NCBI GenBank assembly: GCA_963762565.1
Contig: CAVXLD010000014.1
Span: forward strand, 96,440-160,439
Source: an uncultured Verrucomicrobiae bacterium
Lineage (GTDB): Bacteria > Verrucomicrobiota > Verrucomicrobiia > Chthoniobacterales > JAFAMB01
DNA: 64,000 nucleotides
Reading direction: 5' to 3'
Part shown: piece by piece, positions 19,761 to 30,691 of the stretch
Position numbering within the stretch: the stretch's first letter is position 1
Layout of the letters: the number at the start of each line of letters is the position of its first letter
Translations under genes and position numbers: made by a program
Notes under the pieces: generated by a model
What the model saw: only the letters and a program-made list of their open reading frames with translations
The model's database searches: none
Told to the model about the DNA's origin: nothing

Positions 19761-20918
19761 ATGAAAATAAAGTGGTTCGGACTCTGTTGGCTTTTGCTGA
19801 CGCAAATCCCGTTAACGGTCTCGGCCCAATCCCTGCCCAGTGGATTGCCGGGCACATCCGACGCCGCATTGACCAGTCCCATAACTTCGGAGCAGCTCGA
19901 CGCAAACGAGAATGGAAACGATACAAACTTGTTTGCGGCTGAACCCGGGCTGGCGCCAGGCCGGCTGACGGTCTTGCCTCAGGACGGCCGTACACTCTAT
20001 TTCCAGGCCATCGATTCCGCCAAGAAGGAAATCCGGATCGAGATTTGTGTGCTGGAAGATCCGCAGATACTACAGCACATACAGGCAGCTCTTTCCCGCG
20101 GGGTCAACGTTCTCGCAATCGTGGACCGCGGGAAGTACATGGCGCTCGCCTCAGAGCAACAGAACCTTGCCATGTATCTGACGAACGCGGGCGGTCAGCT
20201 TCACTTGAGTAATCCCGTGTTCCCAAGAAGTTTCCCCAAGATCATTCTCGTCGATTCCAGCCTGCTGGTTTACGGCTCGGCATGTCTTGATGAGACGACG
20301 TTCCTTCAATACCGGGACTTCGCGACCACCAATTCCGATCCGCGGATCCTGGATGAGCTGGAGCGTCTGTTTGAAAACGATTGGACATACTCGGCCGAGG
20401 TAGGACAACAGCCGCCTGCGTTCAACCCAACCTCGCGGATTTCGCTGACCGATCTGATGATCTCGCCCATCAACAGCTCGGATCGACTAGTACGGCTTTA
20501 TCAGAAGGCGCAGCAGACCCTCGATGTTTACACAGAGCTCCTCGGGAATCTAACGCTGGAAAGCGAACTATTTGCCGCGGTTAAGCGTGGCGTGCGGGTC
20601 AGGCTCATCGCACCGGTACAGGTGAACGGCGCCACGCCGGAGATCCAGCAACTCCAGACTGATTCTCTCAAGGCCTTAGCTGCCGCCGGAGTAGACGTCC
20701 ATGTGAGCGGCCCGGAGGAGAGCGCCCAAATGCCTTACATGCATGCGCGGGCCGCTGTAGTAGACGGTAAGATTTCTTACCTCGGCTCGATCAGCCTTTC
20801 CCCGAGCTCGATTACTTTCAACCGGGAGATGGGCCTGATCTCAAAGCAGCCACTTCTGGTGCGCGCTCTCGAGGCACAGTTCGAATCGGACTACCGGTTG
20901 CGAACCCAGCCGTTTTGA
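19761..20918 (+). CDS. Secreted phospholipase D-like protein with degenerate HKD motifs
   Basis: Signal peptide; two PLD-like halves with FPKIILVD...GSACL and HARAAVVD...GSISL; NREMG. Confidence 0.8.
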   Translation: MKIKWFGLCWLLLTQIPLTVSAQSLPSGLPGTSDAALTSPITSEQLDANENGNDTNLFAAEPGLAPGRLTVLPQDGRTLYFQAIDSAKKEIRIEICVLEDPQILQHIQAALSRGVNVLAIVDRGKYMALASEQQNLAMYLTNAGGQLHLSNPVFPRSFPKIILVDSSLLVYGSACLDETTFLQYRDFATTNSDPRILDELERLFENDWTYSAEVGQQPPAFNPTSRISLTDLMISPINSSDRLVRLYQKAQQTLDVYTELLGNLTLESELFAAVKRGVRVRLIAPVQVNGATPEIQQLQTDSLKALAAAGVDVHVSGPEESAQMPYMHARAAVVDGKISYLGSISLSPSSITFNREMGLISKQPLLVRALEAQFESDYRLRTQPF

Positions 20919-20956
20919 GTGACCGCTTCCGAGGTACGCTCGAATCGGAGGTTAAT

Positions 20957-21109
20957 ATCCGCAGATTTCGCAGATTACGCAGATTACGGTTTCAGCTTCT
21001 AGTCACACGAAAAGGTAAAACAGAACGCTGGAGGCCACGAACGATGTTTCTATCCCTGGCTAAACTCACCCCTTAATCGAAATCTGCGTAATCTGCGTAA
21101 TCTGCGGAT
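20957..21109. repeat. Palindromic module with CGCAGATTA nonamer arms
   Basis: Arms at 20957-20988 and 21078-21109. Confidence 0.92.
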
Positions 21110-21112
21110 TGT

Positions 21113-22124
21113 CTATCTTTCTTGAAGCGCGGCCCGCGCTACCACATCAATTGCGCATGGATTCGTGACCATGTCGACGTGACCGAAATCTGGAAGGATG
21201 GTCACCGGGATATCTTTTCGATCCGCATCGAATACGGGTTCAAACTTTTCCGCTAGAAACAGCTCGTCTTTCGCTCCTACAAATACCTGCATCGGCTTCG
21301 AAACTGCTCGTATATCGGCCGCGAAATCCTCGTGAGGCTGAAAATTCAGGAGCAATCTCCAAGAATAGGCATCGGTCACAGAAGGAACATCGGGCGGGAC
21401 AGCGAAATGAATGACGGGCAATCCGTCGAAGAAATGAATACCAACCGCATTCAATGCCTCCAGACCGATCAGGCGTCCCACCGACACCGTGGTCCAAACC
21501 ATCGGTTGCGTAGAGACCTGACCCGCCGGCGTAGCCGATTCAGTACGCACAGTTGGCGCATCGAACCTCAGAAAAGGAGATAACAAGATAAGATATAACG
21601 GTCAAACGATTGTCCGACCGGCTCGGCGGCAATCCGGAGCGCAAAACGGCCCCGGAAGAAAACCCAATCAGAGTCCATTGGGCGCCTTGATGATGCGGCT
21701 GAATAACGCGCATGAAATCGGCCATATCATCATCCAGCTGGCCAAGATAATTAATATCCCCGTGCGGATGATTATCGCCGTGCCCGCGCAAATCGGGCAC
21801 GTAAACCGTCATACCCTTGGCCTGCATGGCCTTCGCCATTACGTGCATATCCGCACTGCTGCCGGCGGAACCATGAATCAGTACAACGACTGCTTTGTCA
21901 CCGGCCGTGTACGTCCGGTAGGCAAGTGCCGCCCCATCCCGCGCAGTATAGCGTTCAACCGGCGGCAGTCCCCCATAATCCATCGTGGCAAACGGCTTCG
22001 TCACTGAACCCAGTGGTTCCGGCGCCTTAGCCGTCCCGAAGATCAACAACCCCGCAACGCCCCCCACCACAACCACCGCCAACAGAACAACCGCTATAAT
22101 CAGACACTTTATAATTAGCCGCAT
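21113..22124 (-). pseudogene. Frameshifted alpha/beta hydrolase
   Basis: IHGSAG, PDLRGHG, GFSSG in ORF 21540-22124; C-terminus with FGHVD in 21113-21586; apparent 1-bp loss near 21650 and TATCT duplication near 21586-21595. Confidence 0.8.
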
Positions 22125-22190
22125 AGAAAAAGAATCATGACTGATTACTGACCTACTGCTTACCGCTTACTGCTTACTGCTTACTGACCA

Positions 22191-23261
22191 CTACCCCGCG
22201 TTCATCCCTAGAAACGCGCAATACCGCCGCTGGGCTTCTTCCAATGCCCGCGCTTCCGTTTTATTCAGCGCTCGGAAAAAGCTAGTACTAATCCTGACGG
22301 CTTTCTTCGTCAAGTTCACGTTTCCAAGTACCGACTACTTTCCCATCAATAACCATCGTGGAAGAAAACATTCCGTTCGATCCAGGTTGAATCTTTTGGG
22401 CGTCGGCTGGATCCAGCGATGCACTCCGATCGCGATACCCCAGCAGGTACTCATCAAACCCGGGAAGAAGATAGACGATTGGCGCCTTCTTTCCCAAGCT
22501 GGGCGCTTCCGGATTCATCCAATAAACCTTGTCATTAACCGTTAACGATTGGAGACGCGATGAAATCATGCCCAGACCTGCCTTCGCGTCACTGATCTTG
22601 AGTCCGGACCACCAGACAAAATCCTGCAGTGTCGCGGGACCATGGCCCTTGAAATAGCGCAAGGCAAGCTCGGCTAATGCGGCCTCGTGATCCAATTTGC
22701 GCATTTGTGGTGTCCATTCATCCAGCAAAGTAAAGGTCGCTTGTTTACCTCGGCGCGAACCAAAGCAGATGACCCGCTCGACTCCCATTCGCCAAAGAAT
22801 GTGACGTCCGCGCGGGCCCTCCACCGAGATTTTGGCGCGCTCTAGTATTGCGTAGACTTCGTCGCGAGTTAGTTGCTGCGAGCCTTGCAAAGCCTTGACC
22901 AACGCTTTCCGGATGCGCGACAACTCGGCTGCATCCAACCCGTAGCGTTCATGGAGAAAGTTGGCTGTCGAAATAATTCTTGGTCCCAAAAGCTCTAAGA
23001 GCCAATGCACATCGGCTGCCGCTACGAAATGCAGCGTGCTGCGTAGTGGCCAGGTCCTGATTATTGCGCGATCTACAATCGAGCGTTCCACATCATTTTC
23101 GATGGCCGCCGATAAGCGCAGACCAATCGCCCAGAGCGTACCCAGATAATCCTGAGCCTGCATGCCGCCAAGCGAACTCACGACTTCTGCCGGCCCTTTG
23201 CACCTCGACGCGGCAATTTGCTGATTAATTAACCGATAACGCGCTATTTCCCTTTGGTCAT
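22191..23261 (-). pseudogene. AlkZ/YcaQ-like (HTH_42) DNA glycosylase family gene with two frameshifts
   Basis: MQAQD, RTWPLRSTLH, HGPATLQDFVWWSGL, LLPGFDEYLLGY; ATG at 23261 is out of frame with EIARYRLINQQI; natural C-terminus (EEAQRRYCAFLG) is in another frame, ending at 22191. Confidence 0.8.
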
Positions 23262-23298
23262 CGGGTACCCAGCTCTGTCATCTGTCATTTGTTATTTG

Positions 23299-24412
23299 TC
23301 ATTCGCCTTGGTTGCCACAATTCGCCGCAACCCAGACAAAGAAAGCGTGCATGGTTCGTTCCAATTCCAACCTCCAGAGCCAGCGCATCCGTTCTCGGTC
23401 GTCAGATTTAATACACCATTCGGTGACCGTATAGAGGCCTTGTGCAATGCATAACTTATAGTCAGCAATTAGTTGACCCCAATCATAGCCACTCACTCCG
23501 TTGGCTAGCAGTTGCCGGTGATACTCTCGTAAGACGGACATCTCCAGATCTCGTCTCAACTCCGTGTCCCAATATTGCACCATTAAATACGACAAATCAC
23601 TTACTCCAAGCCAAGTGGTGAGCGACCACGTAAACGGTTGCCGATCCAGGAAACAGACTTTTCCTTCCTTAATCGGATAGAGGATGTTCCCCGGGTTAAT
23701 ATCTCCGTGGACGATGGTAAATCCGATGGTGTCCTTGGCCCTTTCCAACATTTTGCCTGGATGATATTCGAAGATATCGAGGATCGCCTGCCGCCAGGAA
23801 TCGGATATATCCGTCCGCGTTGCAACCAATAGTGAACTCAAGCCTTGTCTGACATGTCCGATATATTGGTCGAGTTTCGACTTTTCCGGTATACGTCCTT
23901 TCAGTTGATGGATCTGTTCTTCGCCCCAGGCAAAAGCATGCGATCGTGCTAAAGCGGCCGCGCCACAGTCCAAATTCCAGATTTAGCTTAGTGTCTTTCT
24001 CGTGGGTATCGGACAGATCTTCCATTAAGATCGAATAGGAACCATCGTCGGCAGCGTGCGCAGCGTAGCAGTTTGGTATCGGCGCATCGGCGAGGCGGAG
24101 GTAATCTCGAGCGTAGTAATTAACCTCTGAGTCGTTTACAAACCCAGTGCCGGCTTCGACGGTTTTCAATATTAAGGATTGCGGAGGTTCACCTTGGGTG
24201 CCGCCGCCGTATCCGATCCGGATCCGCGTGATGTGCGAGTTGGTGCTGGCTGAAGAGCCAATGGCAATATTGCGTATCTCACCTGACGTTAGCGCTCCAT
24301 TCCGTTTCAAGAGCGCAGTCAGCCAAACTTTATCGATTTGGTTCGGGGGAGGGGTGGGTTCGTCAAATGGCACAATGAACGTCAGGTTGACGGGTTCGGA
24401 GTGTCGAATCAA
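23299..24412 (-). pseudogene. Frameshifted APH/EcKinase-like phosphotransferase
   Basis: N-lobe (LILK, EVNYY, ILMEDLS) in 23696-24412; HGDINPGNIL and LDRQ in 23299-23973; frame switch near 23970. Confidence 0.8.
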
Positions 24413-24531
24413 CCGTAGAGCGGACGTCTGAGTTTAAAACTCCGAGGCGAAGTCGGGAGTTCAGACGACAGGGAAGTCTGAGCGTTCACGGCGCTGTCGG
24501 CGCTGACGGCGTTCTCGGCGTTAACTAAACT

Positions 24532-24900
24532 GTGCTATGGTCTGCCGTGCCAACAAACGTTCTTGGTGGAGAGCTGCGCTGCTGTTGCCGTGATCCGGTT
24601 ACCGGTTTCTATCGAGATGGTTATTGCCGCACCGGTTCTGGCGATTTCGGGCTGCACACGGTCTGCGCCCAGATGACCAATGAATTTCTCGAATTTTCCT
24701 ATGCCCGCGGTAACGACCTGGTAACGCCACAAGGCGATTTTCCAGGACTGAAAGAAGGCGACCGCTGGTGTCTTTGCGTGACTCGCTGGCACGAAGCCTT
24801 GGAGGCCGGTGTAGCTCCTCCCGTCGATCTTCATGCTACGCATGCTTCAACTCTGGAGTTTGTGACGCTGGAGGAATTGCAAGCGCACGCGTCGACGTAA
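24532..24900 (+). CDS. DUF2237 family protein
   Basis: NVLG, TGFYRDGYC, HTVCA, GNDL-TP, GDRWCLC, PPV-L-ATH. Confidence 0.92.
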   Translation: MLWSAVPTNVLGGELRCCCRDPVTGFYRDGYCRTGSGDFGLHTVCAQMTNEFLEFSYARGNDLVTPQGDFPGLKEGDRWCLCVTRWHEALEAGVAPPVDLHATHASTLEFVTLEELQAHAST

Positions 24901-25103
24901 TCGGTCGGAACCTGTCGCGCCGCAGGCTTGGCGAAGGCGGAGACCGTGGAGCGCTGCCTCGCTTGCGAGGCCGTGGTGACCAGGGCGATGGCGCTACCAC
25001 CGCCGTTCCTTTTTCTAAGCTCTGTATCGTGCCGATAGAATTTCGATCCGGAAGCCGATAGAGCGCACAGCGCGAAGGGTATCAAGCGTGGCGGTCTCCC
25101 TGT

Positions 25104-25514
25104 TCACCTCTCGGATGGCTCCCAAAGCTCGATCTGATTGCCATCTGGATCTGTAAGCCAGGCAAAGTTCCCCATGGGATATTCCGCAGTCTTTTCGATG
25201 GCCACGCCAATACTCTTAAGATGACTGAGGACTTGTCCCAAGTTCTTCACTCGATAATTAATCTGACCCGTTCGTGGCTTGTCCTTGATGTCTTGATCAG
25301 TGGGAATAATTGCCCACGCTGTCGTTCTCTTGATCTCCGGATTTTCAATATCCCTACACTCAAACGTTGTATAGATTGAGTTGCACTCACCATCTTCGCC
25401 CTCAGGAACTATTCCGAGGCAATCGCGATACCAGGTTGCCAATCGCTTAGGATCGTCGGAGAACAAAAACACTCCTCCGATGCCATCAATCAGGTTCATA
25501 TTTTTCCCTCCCAC
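25104..25514 (-). CDS. VOC (glyoxalase/bleomycin resistance) family protein
   Basis: GIGGVF, WYRDCLG, INYRV, DPDGNQIELWEP. Confidence 0.9.
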   Translation of the reverse strand: MGGKNMNLIDGIGGVFLFSDDPKRLATWYRDCLGIVPEGEDGECNSIYTTFECRDIENPEIKRTTAWAIIPTDQDIKDKPRTGQINYRVKNLGQVLSHLKSIGVAIEKTAEYPMGNFAWLTDPDGNQIELWEPSER

Positions 25515-25544
25515 ATAGTAACTTCTTTCATCATAGATTTCATG

Positions 25545-26474
25545 TTAACGCCTCATCCCTGCCGGTTTCCTAACCGGTAGGCATAGGTCTAAGTCAAAAT
25601 GCGACCAATCCGTCGCGCTTTCTTTGTCTAAGAAAATCTCAAGTGCCGGCGCATGCTCGGGCTCGTAGGCGCTCTTGATAAGCCAATCTCTGTAAAGGTA
25701 ATCCCAAGCAGTCGCTACCTTATGGAGATCGCCGGAGACCTTTATGACGGCGTATCGCCTGGCTGGCATTTTCAATTTCGACATTCCTTCCATGCACTCG
25801 AAGGGAAAAGACGACGCCACACAAACCTCATATCGATAAAGATGCTTTGGGGTCACATGTGGATCGTCTACCGTCATCCCGAAAAGAATTCCTTGCGTGA
25901 AAATATCCTGGGATTTGGCCCATTCGATTATTGTCTTGAGCGCGGCAAGTACTCTGTCCAGTTCGAAGGCATTCTTAACCCGAATATAGGCGACTTGCCT
26001 TTCGGGAACGTCGATCAATCTCACCGGAAAAGCAGCTCGCTTTTCTTCCGCGCTCATGGGGAGACCATATTCATCTTCCGGGAAGAGTTCTTTGCAGATC
26101 TTGCTCTTTTTGATCTCCCCGCTTTTTCGAAACTCACTTGGCGAAGTGTCGTAACCGGATCGGAAGGCACGCGAAAAGGTGGCCGATGACGAAAAACCGC
26201 AATCCAAGGCTATATCGGTCAGGCTTTGTTTGGAATAACGGAGAAGACGAGCGGCCTTTTCCAGACGAAGCCGATTCGTAAAATTATTTAGGGTTTCGCC
26301 AGAAACCGCTGTAAAAACCCGATGGAAGTGAAATTCCGAGAAGCAAGCAACCCTGGCCAGCTCAGCTAGCTTCACCGGGCGATCCAGATTCCTCCGAAGA
26401 TGGTCAATGACCCGATCAATTCTTTGGACATATTCGCTGTTAGCCTTTGCGCTTGGCGCGGATTCTTTTGCCAT
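25545..26474 (-). CDS. AraC family regulator with GyrI-like effector domain
   Basis: FSEFHFHRVF, RLRLEKAA, GFSSSATFSRAF; C-terminal DDPHVTP...YRY; start chosen at MAKES. Confidence 0.92.
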   Translation of the reverse strand: MAKESAPSAKANSEYVQRIDRVIDHLRRNLDRPVKLAELARVACFSEFHFHRVFTAVSGETLNNFTNRLRLEKAARLLRYSKQSLTDIALDCGFSSSATFSRAFRSGYDTSPSEFRKSGEIKKSKICKELFPEDEYGLPMSAEEKRAAFPVRLIDVPERQVAYIRVKNAFELDRVLAALKTIIEWAKSQDIFTQGILFGMTVDDPHVTPKHLYRYEVCVASSFPFECMEGMSKLKMPARRYAVIKVSGDLHKVATAWDYLYRDWLIKSAYEPEHAPALEIFLDKESATDWSHFDLDLCLPVRKPAGMRR

Positions 26475-26543
26475 CGTGTCGTAGAAATATATCCCAATTA
26501 ACCCTTTGCGGTCAGCATCCAAAAGGCGAGGAAGCAGGTTTAA

Positions 26544-26765
26544 GCCTCGCGCAAAGGACGCGGAGGACGCAACGGATTATTCTTTTAGTCAAGTTCGGCC
26601 GGACGGTTTGCCAGTCGTTTAATGCCGTTCTTAAGATGTTCCTCGCCAAAGTTGATTAGGTATCCGAGACGCAAGTTCGACCCGGTTGTAGCAACCGTCC
26701 ACCTGAGCCTCAATCCACATTATCTCCTTGCCTTCCGTCGCGTCCTCCGGTCCTCTGCGCGAGGC
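26544..26765. repeat. Palindromic module with ACGCGGAGG-type nonamer arms
   Basis: GCCTCGCGCAAAGGACGCGGAGGACGCAACGGA (26544-26576) mirrored at 26734-26765. Confidence 0.85.
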
Positions 26766-26812
26766 TCTGTTTCCTCCCTTAGCTCCTGTTCAAGAGATTG
26801 TACCCTTCCTGA

Positions 26813-27178
26813 CTATGGAACCAGGTGAACAGCCCTAGCCTCCACGTGAATCCCACTCGAGAACAGCGCCCACTTAATTGGGCGAATGTTATCGATGATG
26901 ACAGCATTGCCACCCACCTCCCTGGCCTGTTCTTTCAATGGTTCCGTGGCGGCGCCGAGATCGATCTTCAAATTATTACCTGGGCCATCATACGATATAG
27001 CCCCCACCACCGCGAAAGGCTGTTTGACTTCGCTTTCGGCGGGGAAGATCGTGACCCCTGCGCCTTCGCTTAGTGGGGCGTATGTCTCAGTTTTGATCTT
27101 GGTCACAGAGGTGCTCGCACAGGAACTAACGCCCGCCAGTGCCACCGCCAGCAAAATAAATTGGGTGATCGTCTTCAT
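26813..27178 (-). CDS. Small lipoprotein
   Basis: Lipobox VSSC; LKEQAREVGGNAVII recalls YbjQ-like folds. Confidence 0.75.
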   Translation of the reverse strand: MKTITQFILLAVALAGVSSCASTSVTKIKTETYAPLSEGAGVTIFPAESEVKQPFAVVGAISYDGPGNNLKIDLGAATEPLKEQAREVGGNAVIIDNIRPIKWALFSSGIHVEARAVHLVP

Positions 27179-27361
27179 GAATCCTGCCGTGATTGTTCGT
27201 CTATACTTGACGTGCTTTGTCTGGCACTTGGTCTCAAAATTCTAGCCGGCGTTTCACTTTCTCGGCCAGGCGATTCTCCCAGAGTTTTCTCTAAGGTCTG
27301 ACGCGCCACGAATGTCGGCGGTTACCCAAGCGTACTGGCTCTCGACTCGTTAGTGGCCGGT

Positions 27362-28200
27362 TTAAGGATTGATATCGATGACCGTAACCGTGCCGGCATC
27401 GCTAGAGACATATAAACGTTTCCCATTCGGGGCGACGGCAACACAGGCCGCGGCAGTCCCCGATCCACCTCCTATGGGGATGGAGCCTGTAACCGAATTA
27501 TGGGCGGTGGCGATCACCGTAACGATTGGCCCGCTCTCTTCGTTTACCACCGTGTACACGAACCGCCCGTTCGGGGTCACAACTAATTCTTCGAATCGCC
27601 ATCCGAGTCCAGGCCGTTTTTGCACGAGGATCGACTTGAGCAACGAGCCATCGGAGGCGTTGAAGGCATAAACCCTTCTCCTATAGTTCGGTACATAGAT
27701 TGTTCCTGCATTCGGGGCGATTGCCAGTCCGAGGAAATTATACTCGATTACTTCGGATCCGATGTCCGGCTGAACGATTGTCTGCGAAGCTGTATCTATC
27801 TGAAAGACAGATTTATAATTCACGACGTAAGCAGTTTTCCCGTCCACAGTGAATTGCACTATAGTAGGGGCGGAGGGTAGGGAGCTTGAATCGTATTCAA
27901 AATAGCGAAGGTAGTAGTACCAATTATTGATACAAAGCCAGGAACTGCATTCGGGGGATACCCTGATGAAAAATTGCAAGTGTAAAGCTGGGTCCCATCG
28001 GGACTGACCGCCAAATCCTCCAGCGTCTCAGCCGGACCAACCGGGAACGTGGCCAATGGACCCCCTATCTGGACCCCTACGATCTGATTTGCATCGTCGG
28101 CCATCCGCTTGCAAACATATGCAGCTGGGTTCGACCGTAACTGACAAGAGCCAGTAAAAAAGCAACTTTTAGGCCCCGCGTCTGATCGGATTTTGGAGCG
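27362..28200 (-). pseudogene. Fragmented YncE/YVTN beta-propeller protein
   Basis: Propeller repeats LAVSPDGTQLY, TVDGKTAYV, IAPNAGTIYV, VTPNGRFVY, VAPNGKRLYV split over at least two frames; 5' limit approximate. Confidence 0.7.
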
Positions 28201-28253
28201 TTTTTCTGGAGGCCGGTCTATTCCTCAACCAACGCGCCATTAAAAATCGATCC

Positions 28254-28331
28254 AGTGTCCTGCCCCATAACTAACAGGGCCTTCGTTGCGATCAGAATGG
28301 GCCGTCGGCAAGGCACGAGGAGCGGAGCATA
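28254..28331. mobile_element. Truncated MITE end (same family as 39389-39679)
   Basis: GTGTCCTGCCCCATAA...TTCGTTGCGATCA-AATGGGCCG-CGGCAAGGC-CGAGGAGCGGAGCATA matches 39389-39465. Confidence 0.8.
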
Positions 28332-28350
28332 CGAAGAAGGTAACTCTCGC

Positions 28351-28465
28351 GAGGGGGCTTGGCGTTCCCCAAGATAACGCGAAAGCGCGGGAGTGGTATC
28401 AGAAGACCGCCAACAGGGGCCAGACGGATGCCAAGCAAGCGCTCGGGCGCTCGCAATCAAAATAA
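28351..28465 (+). pseudogene. 3' remnant of a second Sel1-repeat gene
   Basis: Encodes GLGVPQDNAKAREWYQKTANRGQTDAKQALGR, paralogous to 29503-29608. Confidence 0.8.
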
Positions 28466-28636
28466 GACCTCTCCCCCGCAGGTGATTTCAGCTAATTGCT
28501 AGTGTGGCTATGCATTAACCAGGAGAGGTGAACGAAATTCTCTTTGCAAGTGGAGATGCGAAGGCGCGTCCTTTTGATGCCGCAGAGAGAGAATTCACTC
28601 AGCGCTTCGTTTACAAGTGGAAAAGAAAAAGAGTTC

Positions 28637-29608
28637 ATGAACAAAAACCCCATTCACCTTTTGATTAAGATTTCCGTAGCTGCGGCGTTTTTGGCGGGTT
28701 GTAGCAAAACCCCAACCGAGATGTTCAACCTGGGCCTGCGGTATGATATTGGCCAAGGCGTCGCCCAAGATTACTCCAAGGCATTTGAGTGGTACGGGAA
28801 GGCAGCCGGTGCTGGCAGCAAGGATGCCATGAATAACATAGGCACTCTCTATGAGAAGGGTCATGGTGTGGCCCAGGATTACACCGAGGCGCTCGAGTGG
28901 TATCAGAAAGCAGCCAGTGCGGGCGACACGACTGCGATGATCAACTTGGGCTCGCTCTACCTGAACGGCGATGGCGTCGCCCAGGATTATGCTACGGCGC
29001 TCGATTGGTTCCAGAAGGCAGCAAGCGGTGGCAATGCGATTGGGATGTTCAGCGTGGGTGTGCTTTATGAGCAGGGCCACGGTGTGGCCCAAGATCACGC
29101 CAAGGCATTCGAGTGGTTCCAAAAGGCGGCGGCAGGTGGCTATGCACTCGCCATGTTCAATTTAGGAGTGCATTATGATACCGGCCGAGGCGTCCCTCGA
29201 GATTACGCGAAGGCGTTCGAGTGGTACCAAAAAGGGGCCGAGAGAGGCGAAGTGTTGGCCACGTATAACCTGGCCATGGACTATCAAGAGGGAGAGGGCG
29301 TCACCAAAGATTACTCTAAAGCGCGACATTGGTTTGAAAAAGCAGCTGCCGGCGGCAACGCCGACGCCATGACCTCCTTGGGCGGACTCTACATGAACGG
29401 CAGGGGGGTTGACCAAAATTACGGCAAAGCATGCGTGTGGTACCAAAAAGCAGCAGCAGGCGGGAACACGGTCGCCATGTTTAACCTTGGCTTGGTGTAT
29501 GAGAAGGGCCTTGGCGTCGCGAAAGATAACGCGAAAGCCCGGGAGTGGTACCAGAAGGCCGCTGATGGTGGCGATACGGATGCCAGGCAAGCGCTCGGGC
29601 GCTTGTAA
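28637..29608 (+). CDS. Sel1-like repeat lipoprotein
   Basis: Lipobox LAGC; eight 36-aa repeats of the form AMxNLGxxYxxGxGVxQDYxKAxEWYQKAA. Confidence 0.95.
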   Translation: MNKNPIHLLIKISVAAAFLAGCSKTPTEMFNLGLRYDIGQGVAQDYSKAFEWYGKAAGAGSKDAMNNIGTLYEKGHGVAQDYTEALEWYQKAASAGDTTAMINLGSLYLNGDGVAQDYATALDWFQKAASGGNAIGMFSVGVLYEQGHGVAQDHAKAFEWFQKAAAGGYALAMFNLGVHYDTGRGVPRDYAKAFEWYQKGAERGEVLATYNLAMDYQEGEGVTKDYSKARHWFEKAAAGGNADAMTSLGGLYMNGRGVDQNYGKACVWYQKAAAGGNTVAMFNLGLVYEKGLGVAKDNAKAREWYQKAADGGDTDARQALGRL

Positions 29609-29710
29609 AGCGCCACGGTGATCAGTCAGCATTAACCAGCTAGGCCAGCGGCACTGTCGTTGCAGCGGCCGAATCCATCACTAATGAGGTAGTCGGAACA
29701 TTGTCTCCTG

Positions 29711-30679
29711 CTAAAGCGGGATCCGCTCGTCCTCGATATGCGCCTGGATAATTTCGTCGAAGTTTGTTTCCGCTTCGAACCCCAGTGAACGAGCACGAGA
29801 CGCATCAAGATTGCGGGCCCATCCTTCGACGATCTTCATAATCGTAGAGTCTGGTTGACGACGAATCAGCCGCACCCGTTCCTCGCCGGCACACCGCTTC
29901 AGGCTTTCAATCATTTCACCTACTGTAGAGGAAAGCCCCGGCATCGAAAGTGTCCGCCTTGGACCGACCAGTTTTCCGTCGATTTCAGCCGCCCGAAAGA
30001 AAAAGCCCACCGCCGACCGCGGAGATGCAAACCAGTGCCGCACTGTATCCGGGACAGGCAAAATTGCTTCTTGTCCGTTCAATGGCTCCCGAATGATGCT
30101 CGAGAAAAAGCCGGATGCGGCCCGATTCGGTTTACCGGGTCGAACACAAATTGTCGGTAACCGAATCCCAATGCCGTCAAAGAAGCCTTTCCTTGTGTAA
30201 TCGGCCAATAGCAATTCGCCAATCGCTTTTTGCCCGCCGTACGAGGTGAGGGGAGTCGAAAAAAATTCTTCGTTAATAACCTCCGGAAACGGCGCTCCAA
30301 ATACCGCGATGGAACTCGTGAAAACAACCCGAGGCTGATACTCCGCATGGCGAATGGCCTCAAACAAGTATCTGGTACCGTCGACGTTGATTCTGTACCC
30401 CTTATCAAAATCCATTTCGGCTTCGCCGGATACAACGGCGGCAGTATGCAGGATTATACCCGGACGGTCGGCAATCAGTTTTTCTGCGACCCCAGGATTG
30501 GCTAAGTCACACGCAACCGACCGGATGGGAAAATGGCTGCCCGCGATTGGCGCGGGGTCGACGATATCGGCCATCATCAGACTTTCGACCTTCTTCCCAG
30601 CGATCGACCCGACGGCAACCAGTTTTTCGCAAAATTTACGACCCAGCATCCCTGCAGCCCCAGTGACTAGTACTTTCAT
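29711..30679 (-). CDS. denD: NAD-dependent epimerase/dehydratase, D-erythronate dehydrogenase-like
   Basis: TGAAGMLG, AAVVSGEAE-DFD-GYRIN, YGGQK, RPGKPNRAASGFFSSIIREPL. Confidence 0.8.
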   Translation of the reverse strand: MKVLVTGAAGMLGRKFCEKLVAVGSIAGKKVESLMMADIVDPAPIAGSHFPIRSVACDLANPGVAEKLIADRPGIILHTAAVVSGEAEMDFDKGYRINVDGTRYLFEAIRHAEYQPRVVFTSSIAVFGAPFPEVINEEFFSTPLTSYGGQKAIGELLLADYTRKGFFDGIGIRLPTICVRPGKPNRAASGFFSSIIREPLNGQEAILPVPDTVRHWFASPRSAVGFFFRAAEIDGKLVGPRRTLSMPGLSSTVGEMIESLKRCAGEERVRLIRRQPDSTIMKIVEGWARNLDASRARSLGFEAETNFDEIIQAHIEDERIPL

Positions 30680-30691
30680 GGATGGCTAAAG

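Noticed and set aside
28637..29608. 108-bp DNA periodicity as a non-coding repeat
   Set aside because: Fully explained by the 36-aa Sel1 protein repeats.
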